Shown piece after piece: positions 48,439-57,478 of a DNA stretch of 64,000 nucleotides. Made by a program: the position numbers and the translations under genes. Below the pieces are notes generated by a model that saw only the letters and a list, made by a program, of their open reading frames with translations, ran no database searches and was not told the origin of the DNA. Location of the stretch: positions 8,952 to 72,951 of the forward strand of contig JAEOTC010000154.1 of the NCBI GenBank assembly GCA_016840035.1, written 5' to 3'. Position 1 is the stretch's first letter. The number at the start of each line of letters is the position of its first letter. This DNA comes from Candidatus Hodarchaeota archaeon. GTDB taxonomy: Archaea > Asgardarchaeota > Heimdallarchaeia > Hodarchaeales > Hodarchaeaceae.

Positions 48439-50748
48439 GTGCGAGTTCGAAAACCTTCTCTAAACGTTGTTACTATCATTTTACTTGGTACAATTTTACC
48501 AATTGTTTTAGGAACATTATTTGGAGTTGTTGTTTATTCTGGAACAATTAATCGAGCAAATTCACTTGCCAGTGACTCTCTTTCTCAAACTGCTTACAAT
48601 GAGCTGAAAACAACATTAAATACCCAAACTCAAATTCTTGACGATTTCTTCCTTGATCATGAACTGGATATTATTCATGCTCAAAACTACCTAGAAAATC
48701 TCTTAGAGTTCACAAATACTAATTCTAATTGGAATTTCTCCCTTATTAGTCAAAATGAGGATGGAATTAAAGGTTTGGAAACAGACATCGGTTTCGGAGA
48801 TGTATTTGTTTTCCCTGATACTGAAATGAATAGTACGATAAATAATACCATTGAATATCTCTCATTAGGGGCACCATACTTTAATTCCATTGTTAATTCC
48901 ACCTCCATAGTACATGCATATTTCTCAACCCAAAATGGAGTGAATTGGGTTTATCCTTTCATAAATGCTTTAAGTTTTCTTGATCCTGAAACTGGAGCGC
49001 AACAACGACCATGGTATCAGGAAGCAATTCAAACAAACACTATTGGCTGGTCAATTTATACAGATGCTTTTACTGGAAATTTAATAGCGACAGTTTCTAT
49101 ACCATTCTATAATGGATCAGAGCTTTTCGGGGTGGTAGGTTTTGATATTTCTCTAGCATCAATAGAAATTGAACTTAGTGCATTTTCTTTTAGTGAAACA
49201 AGCTATGCTCTGCTAATTAATCGTACTCTTGCCATTATTGCCCGATCTGATGTTCTAATTACTGATCCAGGGTATGATGAGCTTACAAATGCAACCAAAG
49301 TTACAAATACTTCATTCTCAGCCCTCTACACCTCATTAATGCAGGCTTTTGATTATAAATATGGAATTATTGAGTTAGACTTACAAGCTGGGGTTGACTT
49401 TTCAGAAGTAGAATCAAAGCTTATTTTCTATAAGTCACTAGAATTTGTAGATCTATTATTTTGTATCGTGATAAGCGAGACTGATATTAATATTATGGCA
49501 GCTTCCATTTTAAATCTTTATAATTCATCAGCAGGCCAATTTGTATTGAGTCAAATACTAACGATTATAGTAATTTTCTTCTTAACCTTTCTAATAGCGT
49601 TTTTAGCCTATAGTTATGGAATTAGAGGGATTTTTAGATCACGGACGCGAATCACAGAAGCTAAACTTGAAAAATCCGAAAGAGATTATCAAGATTTATT
49701 CGAAGAAACTCCCATTGGATTGTATAGGTCAACTCCTGACGGTAAATTTATTGCAGCCAACGAGGCCTTTGTTAAGTTAATCGGAGCAAAATCCTTTGAC
49801 GAACTCCAAGATTGGAACATTAATGACTTGACAAAAGAGATTGAATATCCACGTGCCGATTTCACTCTGAAATTGGCAAGTAGTAGAGAAACGAAAACTT
49901 TTGAATACAGAATTAAGCGATTAGATGGATCTTACATTTTCATTCGCGAACACTCCAAAGTAGTCCGTGATGAGGATGGAAACATCTTATTTTACGAGGG
50001 GTCCATGGAGGATATTTCTAAACAACGAGCCGCGGAATTTGCAAAAACAGTATTAGAACAGAAACGATCAGATTTTATTTCCATGACGACTCATGAGCTG
50101 AGAACACCCTTAACTGCAATTAAGGGATTTACCGATATATTGGAAAGATCAAGTGATCAAGATATTGAAGTCGATAAAAGGGTGCAGATTTATTCCCTAA
50201 TTAAGAAAAATGTGTTACGCCTAGAAAGACTCGTGCAAGGAGTCAGTGATCTTACTAGAATGGAGCAAGGGATGTTCGATTTACGACTAGAAGAGTTTAA
50301 GTTATGCGATTATCTTAAAAATCTACTTCCTATGTTTGAAACATTACTAGGACATCCTATGCAAATCATCCAACATTCTCCTGAAAAAAGCTGTAGGGTC
50401 AATGCAGATAAAGTCAGAATTGAGCAAATTCTAACGAATTTAATTGATAATGCCATAAAACACACACCAGAAGATAATCGACAAATAACGCTCGAAACTG
50501 AGATCTTTGATGAGATAATTCAGCTAAGAATTATCGATAATGGTTGTGGTATTTCAACGGAAAATTTGGAAATTATCTTTAACCAATTTGTTTCCTTACC
50601 AACTCAATATTCAGTGGGGGGTACTGGCATTGGTTTGTATGTATCCAGATTACTAGCTGAAGCCCAAGGTGGTACGCTTCGAGCAGAAAGTGATGGATCT
50701 GGATTGGGATCAACTTTTATCTTAGAATTACCTCTTTTAAATTCATAA
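48439..50748 (+). CDS. Membrane sensor histidine kinase (dCache-PAS-HisKA-HATPase)
   Basis: RPWYQ..YTDA..GVVGFD; PAS domain; HELRTPL; NLIDNAIK, DNGCG, GTGIGL. Confidence 0.93.
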   Translation: MRVRKPSLNVVTIILLGTILPIVLGTLFGVVVYSGTINRANSLASDSLSQTAYNELKTTLNTQTQILDDFFLDHELDIIHAQNYLENLLEFTNTNSNWNFSLISQNEDGIKGLETDIGFGDVFVFPDTEMNSTINNTIEYLSLGAPYFNSIVNSTSIVHAYFSTQNGVNWVYPFINALSFLDPETGAQQRPWYQEAIQTNTIGWSIYTDAFTGNLIATVSIPFYNGSELFGVVGFDISLASIEIELSAFSFSETSYALLINRTLAIIARSDVLITDPGYDELTNATKVTNTSFSALYTSLMQAFDYKYGIIELDLQAGVDFSEVESKLIFYKSLEFVDLLFCIVISETDINIMAASILNLYNSSAGQFVLSQILTIIVIFFLTFLIAFLAYSYGIRGIFRSRTRITEAKLEKSERDYQDLFEETPIGLYRSTPDGKFIAANEAFVKLIGAKSFDELQDWNINDLTKEIEYPRADFTLKLASSRETKTFEYRIKRLDGSYIFIREHSKVVRDEDGNILFYEGSMEDISKQRAAEFAKTVLEQKRSDFISMTTHELRTPLTAIKGFTDILERSSDQDIEVDKRVQIYSLIKKNVLRLERLVQGVSDLTRMEQGMFDLRLEEFKLCDYLKNLLPMFETLLGHPMQIIQHSPEKSCRVNADKVRIEQILTNLIDNAIKHTPEDNRQITLETEIFDEIIQLRIIDNGCGISTENLEIIFNQFVSLPTQYSVGGTGIGLYVSRLLAEAQGGTLRAESDGSGLGSTFILELPLLNS

Positions 50749-50933
50749 ATCTCTTCTACCACTTAACCACTCAGATAGTGTTTCAGATTTAGATATTCAG
50801 TACGAATTATCACGCTACTGTTAAAAATCATTTTTATACATGTAGATCCTTTACCGACATCTTCATTTTTTTAAACTCAGCTTTGAATGTTTCTCTTATT
50901 GGAATATTATTCCACTTTTTCGGTGTAATAACG

Positions 50934-51863
50934 ATGAGCACAGAAATTATCACAACAAATCAGCTTTCAAAATTTTATGGGTCAATTCGCGGTATCCATG
51001 AGGTTTCTATTAAGGTTCCAGCTGGAGGCGTGGGGTTTCTCGGCCCTAACGGGGCAGGAAAAACAACTCTAATTCGTACATTGTTAGGGATCCTAAGGCC
51101 TACTAAAGGAACAGCCAATGTTCTGGGTTATGACATTAAATCCAGGATCAATGAAGTACGAGACCGTATCGGGTACATCCCCGAATTTAATACCTCCTTT
51201 ATTCCCGATATGACCGCAATGAAATTTGTGGCATTCTGTGGGCGTATGAATGGACTGGCGCATTCTGAATCTAAACAACGTGCTAGTGACTCTTTATATT
51301 ATGTGGGACTTGGAGAGGAAAGATATCGAAAACTAGGAACCTTTTCTTTAGGAATGAAGCAAAAAGTAAAATTAGCGTCTGCTTTGGTTCATGATCCCGA
51401 AATTATCATTGCTGATGAGCCAACAAATGGTTTAGACCCAACTGGTCGAAATCAAATGCTGGAACTCATTCGTAATTTGCAAACAGATCAAGGTAAACAT
51501 GTTATTTTAAGCTCTCATTTATTAAGAGATGTTGAACAAACTACAGATTATGCAATCGTCTTCTCTGAAGGAGAAATACTTGCTCAGGGTAATATCAAGC
51601 AACTAACTTCTGGCCGACGCAGTTCTATCAGTGTCAAGGTGAAATTTAATGAGGAACATTTCTTGAATAATTTGAAGGATAAAGGGTTCGAAGTATGGGA
51701 GGAAGGAGGGTTTATTGAGGTGAAGAGAGTAAATGATACTGAAAATGCCATTTTTAGAGCCGCAAATGAAACAAGTACGGAAATTAGGTATTTAGGAAGT
51801 AGATCCAGTACACTGGAAGATGTCTTTGTTGATCTTTTCCGCAATAAGGAGGGAATTCAATGA
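50934..51863 (+). CDS. ABC transporter ATP-binding protein (start likely ATG 50934)
   Basis: GPNGAGKTT, FSLGMKQ, ADEPTNGLDP, SSH. Confidence 0.92.
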   Translation: MSTEIITTNQLSKFYGSIRGIHEVSIKVPAGGVGFLGPNGAGKTTLIRTLLGILRPTKGTANVLGYDIKSRINEVRDRIGYIPEFNTSFIPDMTAMKFVAFCGRMNGLAHSESKQRASDSLYYVGLGEERYRKLGTFSLGMKQKVKLASALVHDPEIIIADEPTNGLDPTGRNQMLELIRNLQTDQGKHVILSSHLLRDVEQTTDYAIVFSEGEILAQGNIKQLTSGRRSSISVKVKFNEEHFLNNLKDKGFEVWEEGGFIEVKRVNDTENAIFRAANETSTEIRYLGSRSSTLEDVFVDLFRNKEGIQ

Positions 51864-52876
51864 CTATTGAATCAAATGAAAATGGAGCATACGTTAAGAA
51901 ATTTTCTTTTCGTCCATTTGCAGGTATACGCCGAGGAAGACTTTATCGAATTTGGTCCATTTCCTGGCAGTGGTGGACTCACGAATGGTCTCGATCTCGT
52001 GCTGTGAAGTTTCTCATTGGTTTCCAGCTATTCACCTTGTTAATAACCAATATATTTATTCTTACAACGAAAGATTTCCTCCTTTTGGGTGGTTTATATG
52101 AGTCAACCGAACAGATTCTTGAACAAACTTTGATTTCATTAGTGAGAGGGATTGTGAGCTTCCAAACTGAAATCAGAGGTGAATCTCATGGGAGTGGGGA
52201 TAATGGTTTTGATGGTTCTTTCACTATCGGAGGTACTAGTCTCTTTATCCTAATACTCGCAGTACTTGTCGGGTCAGGTCTGATTGCAGACGATATTTCT
52301 AATAAAACAAATGAAATTTATTACGCTAAATTAGAAAAATATGAATATATTCTTGGTAAATTTGGTGCATTCTTCATTTTTGGCAATGTGATTATCACCC
52401 TTCCCTATGTTATAGAATTCGGTTTGTTATTCGTAGGATTAGGAGATATTGACTTACTTGCTGTGTTACCCCTTCTTTTCCAAGTGATTCTCTTTACTGA
52501 ATTAGTCAATTTAACATATGCAGCTATCATATTGGCATTCTCTTCTTTGACTAGTAGAAAGTTATATGCTGGGCTTACAACATTTATGATTCTATTTCTA
52601 GCAAGTATGATCGTCCCAGCACTTGCGTTCAAAGATAACCTGGTCATTGGTTTAGAACTTTTGAGCGATGTCTTAACCCTTCTATTAATCAGCTCTTATA
52701 TAATAATGGGAGAAGTAGAATTCCAGTTAGTATCTATGGATGGGATTCCATATCCAGTACACCTTGCTGATGGTGTAGGAATTGAAGGTTGGATGGTATT
52801 GGGTGGAATCGGTGCTATAGTTCTCGTGGGGATACTAGTTGTAATTATACAAGTTTATCGGAGGCATAGTACATAA
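51860..52876 (+). CDS. ABC-2 type permease
   Basis: About six TM helices; GLIADD..YILGK; in operon with the ATPases. Confidence 0.8.
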   Translation: MTIESNENGAYVKKFSFRPFAGIRRGRLYRIWSISWQWWTHEWSRSRAVKFLIGFQLFTLLITNIFILTTKDFLLLGGLYESTEQILEQTLISLVRGIVSFQTEIRGESHGSGDNGFDGSFTIGGTSLFILILAVLVGSGLIADDISNKTNEIYYAKLEKYEYILGKFGAFFIFGNVIITLPYVIEFGLLFVGLGDIDLLAVLPLLFQVILFTELVNLTYAAIILAFSSLTSRKLYAGLTTFMILFLASMIVPALAFKDNLVIGLELLSDVLTLLLISSYIIMGEVEFQLVSMDGIPYPVHLADGVGIEGWMVLGGIGAIVLVGILVVIIQVYRRHST

Positions 52877-53796
52877 TGATCAATTTAGAAAACGTCTCAA
52901 AATCCTTTGGGGATGTAGTGGCTATATCTAACCTAAGCATGCATGTAAGAGCTGGCTCAATAACTGGATTTTTGGGCCCAAATGGAGCTGGAAAAAGTAC
53001 TACTTTAAAATTGGTTATTGGAGAACTTTTCCCAGATTTAGGAACAGTTTCCGTTATGGGAGAAAATCCGATTAACAATAGTCGTCTTAAACAAAAAACA
53101 GGATATGTTTCAGAACATGACGATTTGTATCCATGGATGAAAGGTAAACAATTCGTTACTTCTCTGGCGAAATTACTCTTACCACGTGAGGAAGCAGAAA
53201 GAGCGGCAAAAGAAGCTTTAGCGAAAGTCGGTCTTGCAGTCAAAGGGAAGAAAATTAAGGCTTATAGTAAGGGAATGAAACAGCGTTTAAAAGTAGCTGC
53301 TGCAATCGTCCATAATCCTGACTTGCTGATTCTTGATGAACCGTTTGGTGGACTAGATCCCCTTGGTCGTCGTGAGATGAAAAAATTAGTCTCAGATCTA
53401 AATCATGATGGAGTAACTGTTTTAATATCAAGTCATATCTTATATGAACTTGACCAAATGAGTAATCGAATGAATCTCATTCACAGAGGGCAGACACTAG
53501 CCGAAGGAGCACCATCAGAGATTTTAGAGTTAATAGATCAATTTCCTCATCAGATATTAATTCACGCACCAATCGATCAACTTCAAAGCTTATCAAAACT
53601 GATGATTGATGAATCAATTATTAGTTCGTTAAATTTTATGAAAAGAGACAAAACTACTAATCTCGTCGCAGTAACAAATAATCCTAAGGAGTTTTATCCT
53701 AAGGTAACTAAATTAGTTGCAGAAAATGAGATTTTTATCGAACATCTGGAGAGTACAACTGACAATATTGAGGCGATCTTTGAATATTTGACATAA
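52876..53796 (+). CDS. ABC transporter ATP-binding protein
   Basis: GPNGAGKST, YSKGMKQR, LDEPFGGLDP, SSH. Confidence 0.93.
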   Translation: MINLENVSKSFGDVVAISNLSMHVRAGSITGFLGPNGAGKSTTLKLVIGELFPDLGTVSVMGENPINNSRLKQKTGYVSEHDDLYPWMKGKQFVTSLAKLLLPREEAERAAKEALAKVGLAVKGKKIKAYSKGMKQRLKVAAAIVHNPDLLILDEPFGGLDPLGRREMKKLVSDLNHDGVTVLISSHILYELDQMSNRMNLIHRGQTLAEGAPSEILELIDQFPHQILIHAPIDQLQSLSKLMIDESIISSLNFMKRDKTTNLVAVTNNPKEFYPKVTKLVAENEIFIEHLESTTDNIEAIFEYLT

Positions 53797-53809
53797 AGGA
53801 GAATTAAAT

Positions 53810-54616
53810 ATGACCATGCAATATGAAAAACCAAAATCAGAGTTTTCCACAACATATGTTGAAAGAGCGATTATTCTAATACAGTTATTCCTCAACAAGT
53901 ATATCTACGATAAAAAGACATATATTCTGATTTTAATTAGTTTCCTCCCTCTATTAAGAGCTGTGAGCTTAGATAACGCTGGAATAGATGACTTTGTCGA
54001 TTTAATTGGTCCAATGTCGATAGTTAGTTTCATTATTATGCCATTAATTTCTTTAATCCTTGGAGTTTCCTCAATTTCAGATGAAAAAGAAAATAAGACG
54101 ATTAGTCAGTTATTGGCTCGTCCAGTAAAGCGGGAAGAAATAGTAGTGTCAAAATGGATAACAATCATGATAGTGGGCTTAATAATAATTGCTATTGATA
54201 GTTTAATATTATTTCTTGGATTTAATATCCTATTACCTGGATCCTTTGATGTATTTAGGAATTTGTCTGTTCTTCTTGGGACTTATTTCTATCTAAGTCT
54301 ATGGTATGTGGTATATGCAACAATCTTTCTATTTGTAGGAGTCTTTTTAGATAAAAACGCTTTAGGCCTAGGACTTGCTATCGCATACTTTGAAGCCTTT
54401 TTCGGACAATTCATCTTTGGGGGTTTTGGAGGAAATTCCCCTTTTTCCATTGCCAACCATGTTAACTATGTTGCCTCAGAATATTTTCTGAGTGATTTTA
54501 TGTCATATAGGGTGTCAAATTTTGACGAATTTTCCTCTTTGTTGGTTTGCGTTGGAATTGTAATCGGATTCTTAGCATTGGCAGCGGTCACAATGCGTAG
54601 AAAGAATTTCCCATGA
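53810..54616 (+). CDS. ABC-2 type permease
   Basis: SISDEKENKTI..LLARPVKR..SKW; six TM helices. Confidence 0.85.
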   Translation: MTMQYEKPKSEFSTTYVERAIILIQLFLNKYIYDKKTYILILISFLPLLRAVSLDNAGIDDFVDLIGPMSIVSFIIMPLISLILGVSSISDEKENKTISQLLARPVKREEIVVSKWITIMIVGLIIIAIDSLILFLGFNILLPGSFDVFRNLSVLLGTYFYLSLWYVVYATIFLFVGVFLDKNALGLGLAIAYFEAFFGQFIFGGFGGNSPFSIANHVNYVASEYFLSDFMSYRVSNFDEFSSLLVCVGIVIGFLALAAVTMRRKNFP

Positions 54617-54629
54617 CTCCTTTAATTTT

Positions 54630-55802
54630 CTATTTATTAATATAATCCCCTATGCGTTTAAAAGCTTCTCTGATCTCTTCTTCCGATCTAGAAAATGCAA
54701 CACGGAAGTATCCTTCAGCAGATTCTCCAAAGGCCGCTCCAGGAATTGTTGCTACATTTGCGTTATTTAAAATTTCCTCAGCAATATATTCAGAGGGTTT
54801 GTCTGAATAGGTGTATTTGATAAATCCGTAAAATGCACCATCCACACTTCCAAGAGAGAGTCCGTCAATTTTTGATACTTCATCCAATAAAAGTTGTCTA
54901 CGAACAGGAAAGACGTTATCAATTACCTCTTGTGCATCAAATCTATGTTCTAATGCGGTAATAGCACCATATTGACAGAAGGTTGTTGCACAACTAGTAC
55001 TTGCTTGTACAAATCTTAATATTCCTTGTGATAATGTTTTGTTTGCAATAGAATAGCCAAGTCTAAAACCAGTCATACTATACGTTTTAGAAAATCCATT
55101 TACTACAATGACATTCTCACGCCAATCTTTTAGTTCTGTGAGGAGAGTTTTATATGAACTGGGAATATACATGTAATCATTATAGATTTCATCAGCAATA
55201 ATCATAAGATTAGTGTCCTCGATCAGATCCTTAATAAAAGATAGCTCTTGAGGAGATATAATGTGTCCTGTGGGGTTGTTCGGTGAATTAATCAACATAG
55301 CTTTGATGTTGGACTTTTTGATACACTTCTGAATGTACTCTTGATTTAAAGAAAAATCATCCAGCATTGGCACAGGTAGGAAATTGCCTCCAGCAAGACG
55401 TGTCATATCAGGATAGGATACCCAATACGGTTCAGGAAGTAGAATTTTTTCCCCACGATCAAGAAGAGCATAAATTGAAGCTAAGATGCTTTGTTTTGCT
55501 CCTGAGGTAATTATAATTTCCTCATTCGGATTTAAATTTTCTCCATAATCCTCTGAATACGCAGAGGCAATTTTTTCTCTCAGCTCAGGAATACCAGAGC
55601 TAATTGCATAAGTGGTTTTTCCTTGCTTAATAGCTTCAATTGTAGCATCTACAATAGGAGCTAGAGGTTGAAAATCGGGTTGACCGATTTCCAGATGAAT
55701 TATATCATGTCCACTGGCTTCTCTTTCTTTCGCTAATCGAAAAAACTTTGCCGTAGGTGAACCTTGAAGTTGTTTAAGTTGATCTGATAACATTTGCTTC
55801 AC
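54630..55802 (-). CDS. PLP-dependent class I aminotransferase (aspartate aminotransferase-like)
   Basis: IGQPDF, NSPNNPTG, ADEIY, GFSKTYSMTGFRLG. Confidence 0.93.
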   Translation of the reverse strand: MKQMLSDQLKQLQGSPTAKFFRLAKEREASGHDIIHLEIGQPDFQPLAPIVDATIEAIKQGKTTYAISSGIPELREKIASAYSEDYGENLNPNEEIIITSGAKQSILASIYALLDRGEKILLPEPYWVSYPDMTRLAGGNFLPVPMLDDFSLNQEYIQKCIKKSNIKAMLINSPNNPTGHIISPQELSFIKDLIEDTNLMIIADEIYNDYMYIPSSYKTLLTELKDWRENVIVVNGFSKTYSMTGFRLGYSIANKTLSQGILRFVQASTSCATTFCQYGAITALEHRFDAQEVIDNVFPVRRQLLLDEVSKIDGLSLGSVDGAFYGFIKYTYSDKPSEYIAEEILNNANVATIPGAAFGESAEGYFRVAFSRSEEEIREAFKRIGDYINK

Positions 55803-55955
55803 AATTAACCCTGATAGATGTCATTAAACGTATTTATCCTAAATTGAACAAAGAATTTATTAATTCTAATCTTATGAAATTCTAAGAACTAGTGACTTTT
55901 TGAGATTATAGAATTATTTCGCTAATAGTATCAAATTAACACCCGTGATATTCTT

Positions 55956-56981
55956 ATGAAAGTTGACCCTAATTGGTTTCTCTTTGTAGAGGAAAAAGAG
56001 ATTAGATGGAGTTTTGGTAACCCTGATGAAGAATTTCAGAGTTTTGTAATCAATTTCCTGACTGGATTAGCTCAAATTGGAGAGGAGGTTTTTGGAGAAA
56101 ATGGTGTTGCTTCAATAGAGTTTGATTTACAGAAAAAATCACAAATCCTATCATCAGAAATATTTATAGTCAATCTATCCAACAAATTCTATGTAATTAT
56201 GTCAGATCCCAGCACTACCATGAAAATGATTAACCAACAAGGTGGTATTGTTTCTGAAGTCGAAGAAATTTTATCTGCTGTGTTAGTTGGTCAAGCTGCG
56301 ATACTATATGGAACCAGTATATCAGAAGTAACATCAGACGAGAGTTATAAAATTGAAAAGGTATGGCAGAACATCATACTAGATATATCATCAAAATATA
56401 CCGAGGAAATTGACCAGATCGTTTCTGCAAACTCCTCAAATTTCTCACGCTTAGCTTTTGAAGATCTCTTATTTCTTCATTATCACCTCAGAAAGCATCC
56501 AGAACTAGTGAAAATCGTTTCACCAAAGTGTTGGGGTCTGGTTGCTCATTATAGTGGAAGTGAAATTCCATTGGAATGTAATCTAGACTGGGATGGCGTG
56601 GTACTTGCAGGATATCTAGGGATCATCATTTCATTCATAATGGCATTATTTAATTCTAAGCCCAAAAGCTTAACGTTCGGAACGCAAACAGTCCAAACTC
56701 TTACTTTCATTAATGGTATTGATGAATACTTTATCGCTATTGATTCACCATTTACAAGGCTAATTCTAGACTCAGAATTTCAATCCAAATTTTATTCACT
56801 TCAAGAGGGTGTTATAAGTGATTTACAGAGCGCCTTACGCAAACGTATAATTGAGGAAATTTTAGCGGCAAATGCAGAGGAATTAGAAAAACAAGACTTA
56901 TCTTCCCTATTACAGGATAATGTATTAGCAAAGAAAGGCCGCTTTGAACGCTTATTTTCTAGAAAGAGACAATTGAAATAA
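55956..56981 (+). CDS. Hypothetical protein, possible tandem longin/roadblock-like domains
   Basis: Two segments with a helix of the G-(F/Y)-L-x-x-(L/I)-x-x-F type followed by beta strands (FLTGLAQIGEEVFG..VASIEF; LAGYLGIIISFIMALFNSKPKSLTF). Confidence 0.55.
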   Translation: MKVDPNWFLFVEEKEIRWSFGNPDEEFQSFVINFLTGLAQIGEEVFGENGVASIEFDLQKKSQILSSEIFIVNLSNKFYVIMSDPSTTMKMINQQGGIVSEVEEILSAVLVGQAAILYGTSISEVTSDESYKIEKVWQNIILDISSKYTEEIDQIVSANSSNFSRLAFEDLLFLHYHLRKHPELVKIVSPKCWGLVAHYSGSEIPLECNLDWDGVVLAGYLGIIISFIMALFNSKPKSLTFGTQTVQTLTFINGIDEYFIAIDSPFTRLILDSEFQSKFYSLQEGVISDLQSALRKRIIEEILAANAEELEKQDLSSLLQDNVLAKKGRFERLFSRKRQLK

Positions 56982-57074
56982 TGAATAGGATTACACAATT
57001 GTATCTAGAAATTCATAGGAAAAACTTTTGAATAACTAAATCAGTTATGTGCTGTCTTAAATTACTGATGGTAG

Positions 57075-57329
57075 ATGAAAATGACTGAAAAAATCGGTGA
57101 AATTGAGAACTTCTTCTCCAAGATAAGTGTTTGCGTTTTACATGTAACTAGTGGTGAATTGGCACTTCAAGACACGATTACCATTAAAGGGTCGACAACT
57201 GACTTTACTATGACCGTAGAATCAATGCAAATCGATCGTAAAGATGTGGAAAAAGTAAAAGCCGGAGAGAAGGTTGGATTAAAGGTTCCCGAACGGGTTC
57301 GACCTGGAGATGAAGTATTCAAAGAATAA
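57075..57329 (+). CDS. Stand-alone translation-factor domain II-like beta-barrel protein
   Basis: IG.I.NFFSKISV; VESMQID..V.K..AGEKVGLKV..RVRPGD. Confidence 0.8.
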   Translation: MKMTEKIGEIENFFSKISVCVLHVTSGELALQDTITIKGSTTDFTMTVESMQIDRKDVEKVKAGEKVGLKVPERVRPGDEVFKE

Positions 57330-57478
57330 ACTCAAGTTTCTTCAGAATGAATTTTATTTCATTCTCTTTATATATTCGAATTTCTTTAAATGCTATGTCC
57401 CCCACCAGAAACCCTCACTTTGGTTCTCTTAGAATCCGTAGGAAGGGTTGATTTTCTAATTGAATTACTTTCAAGGCA

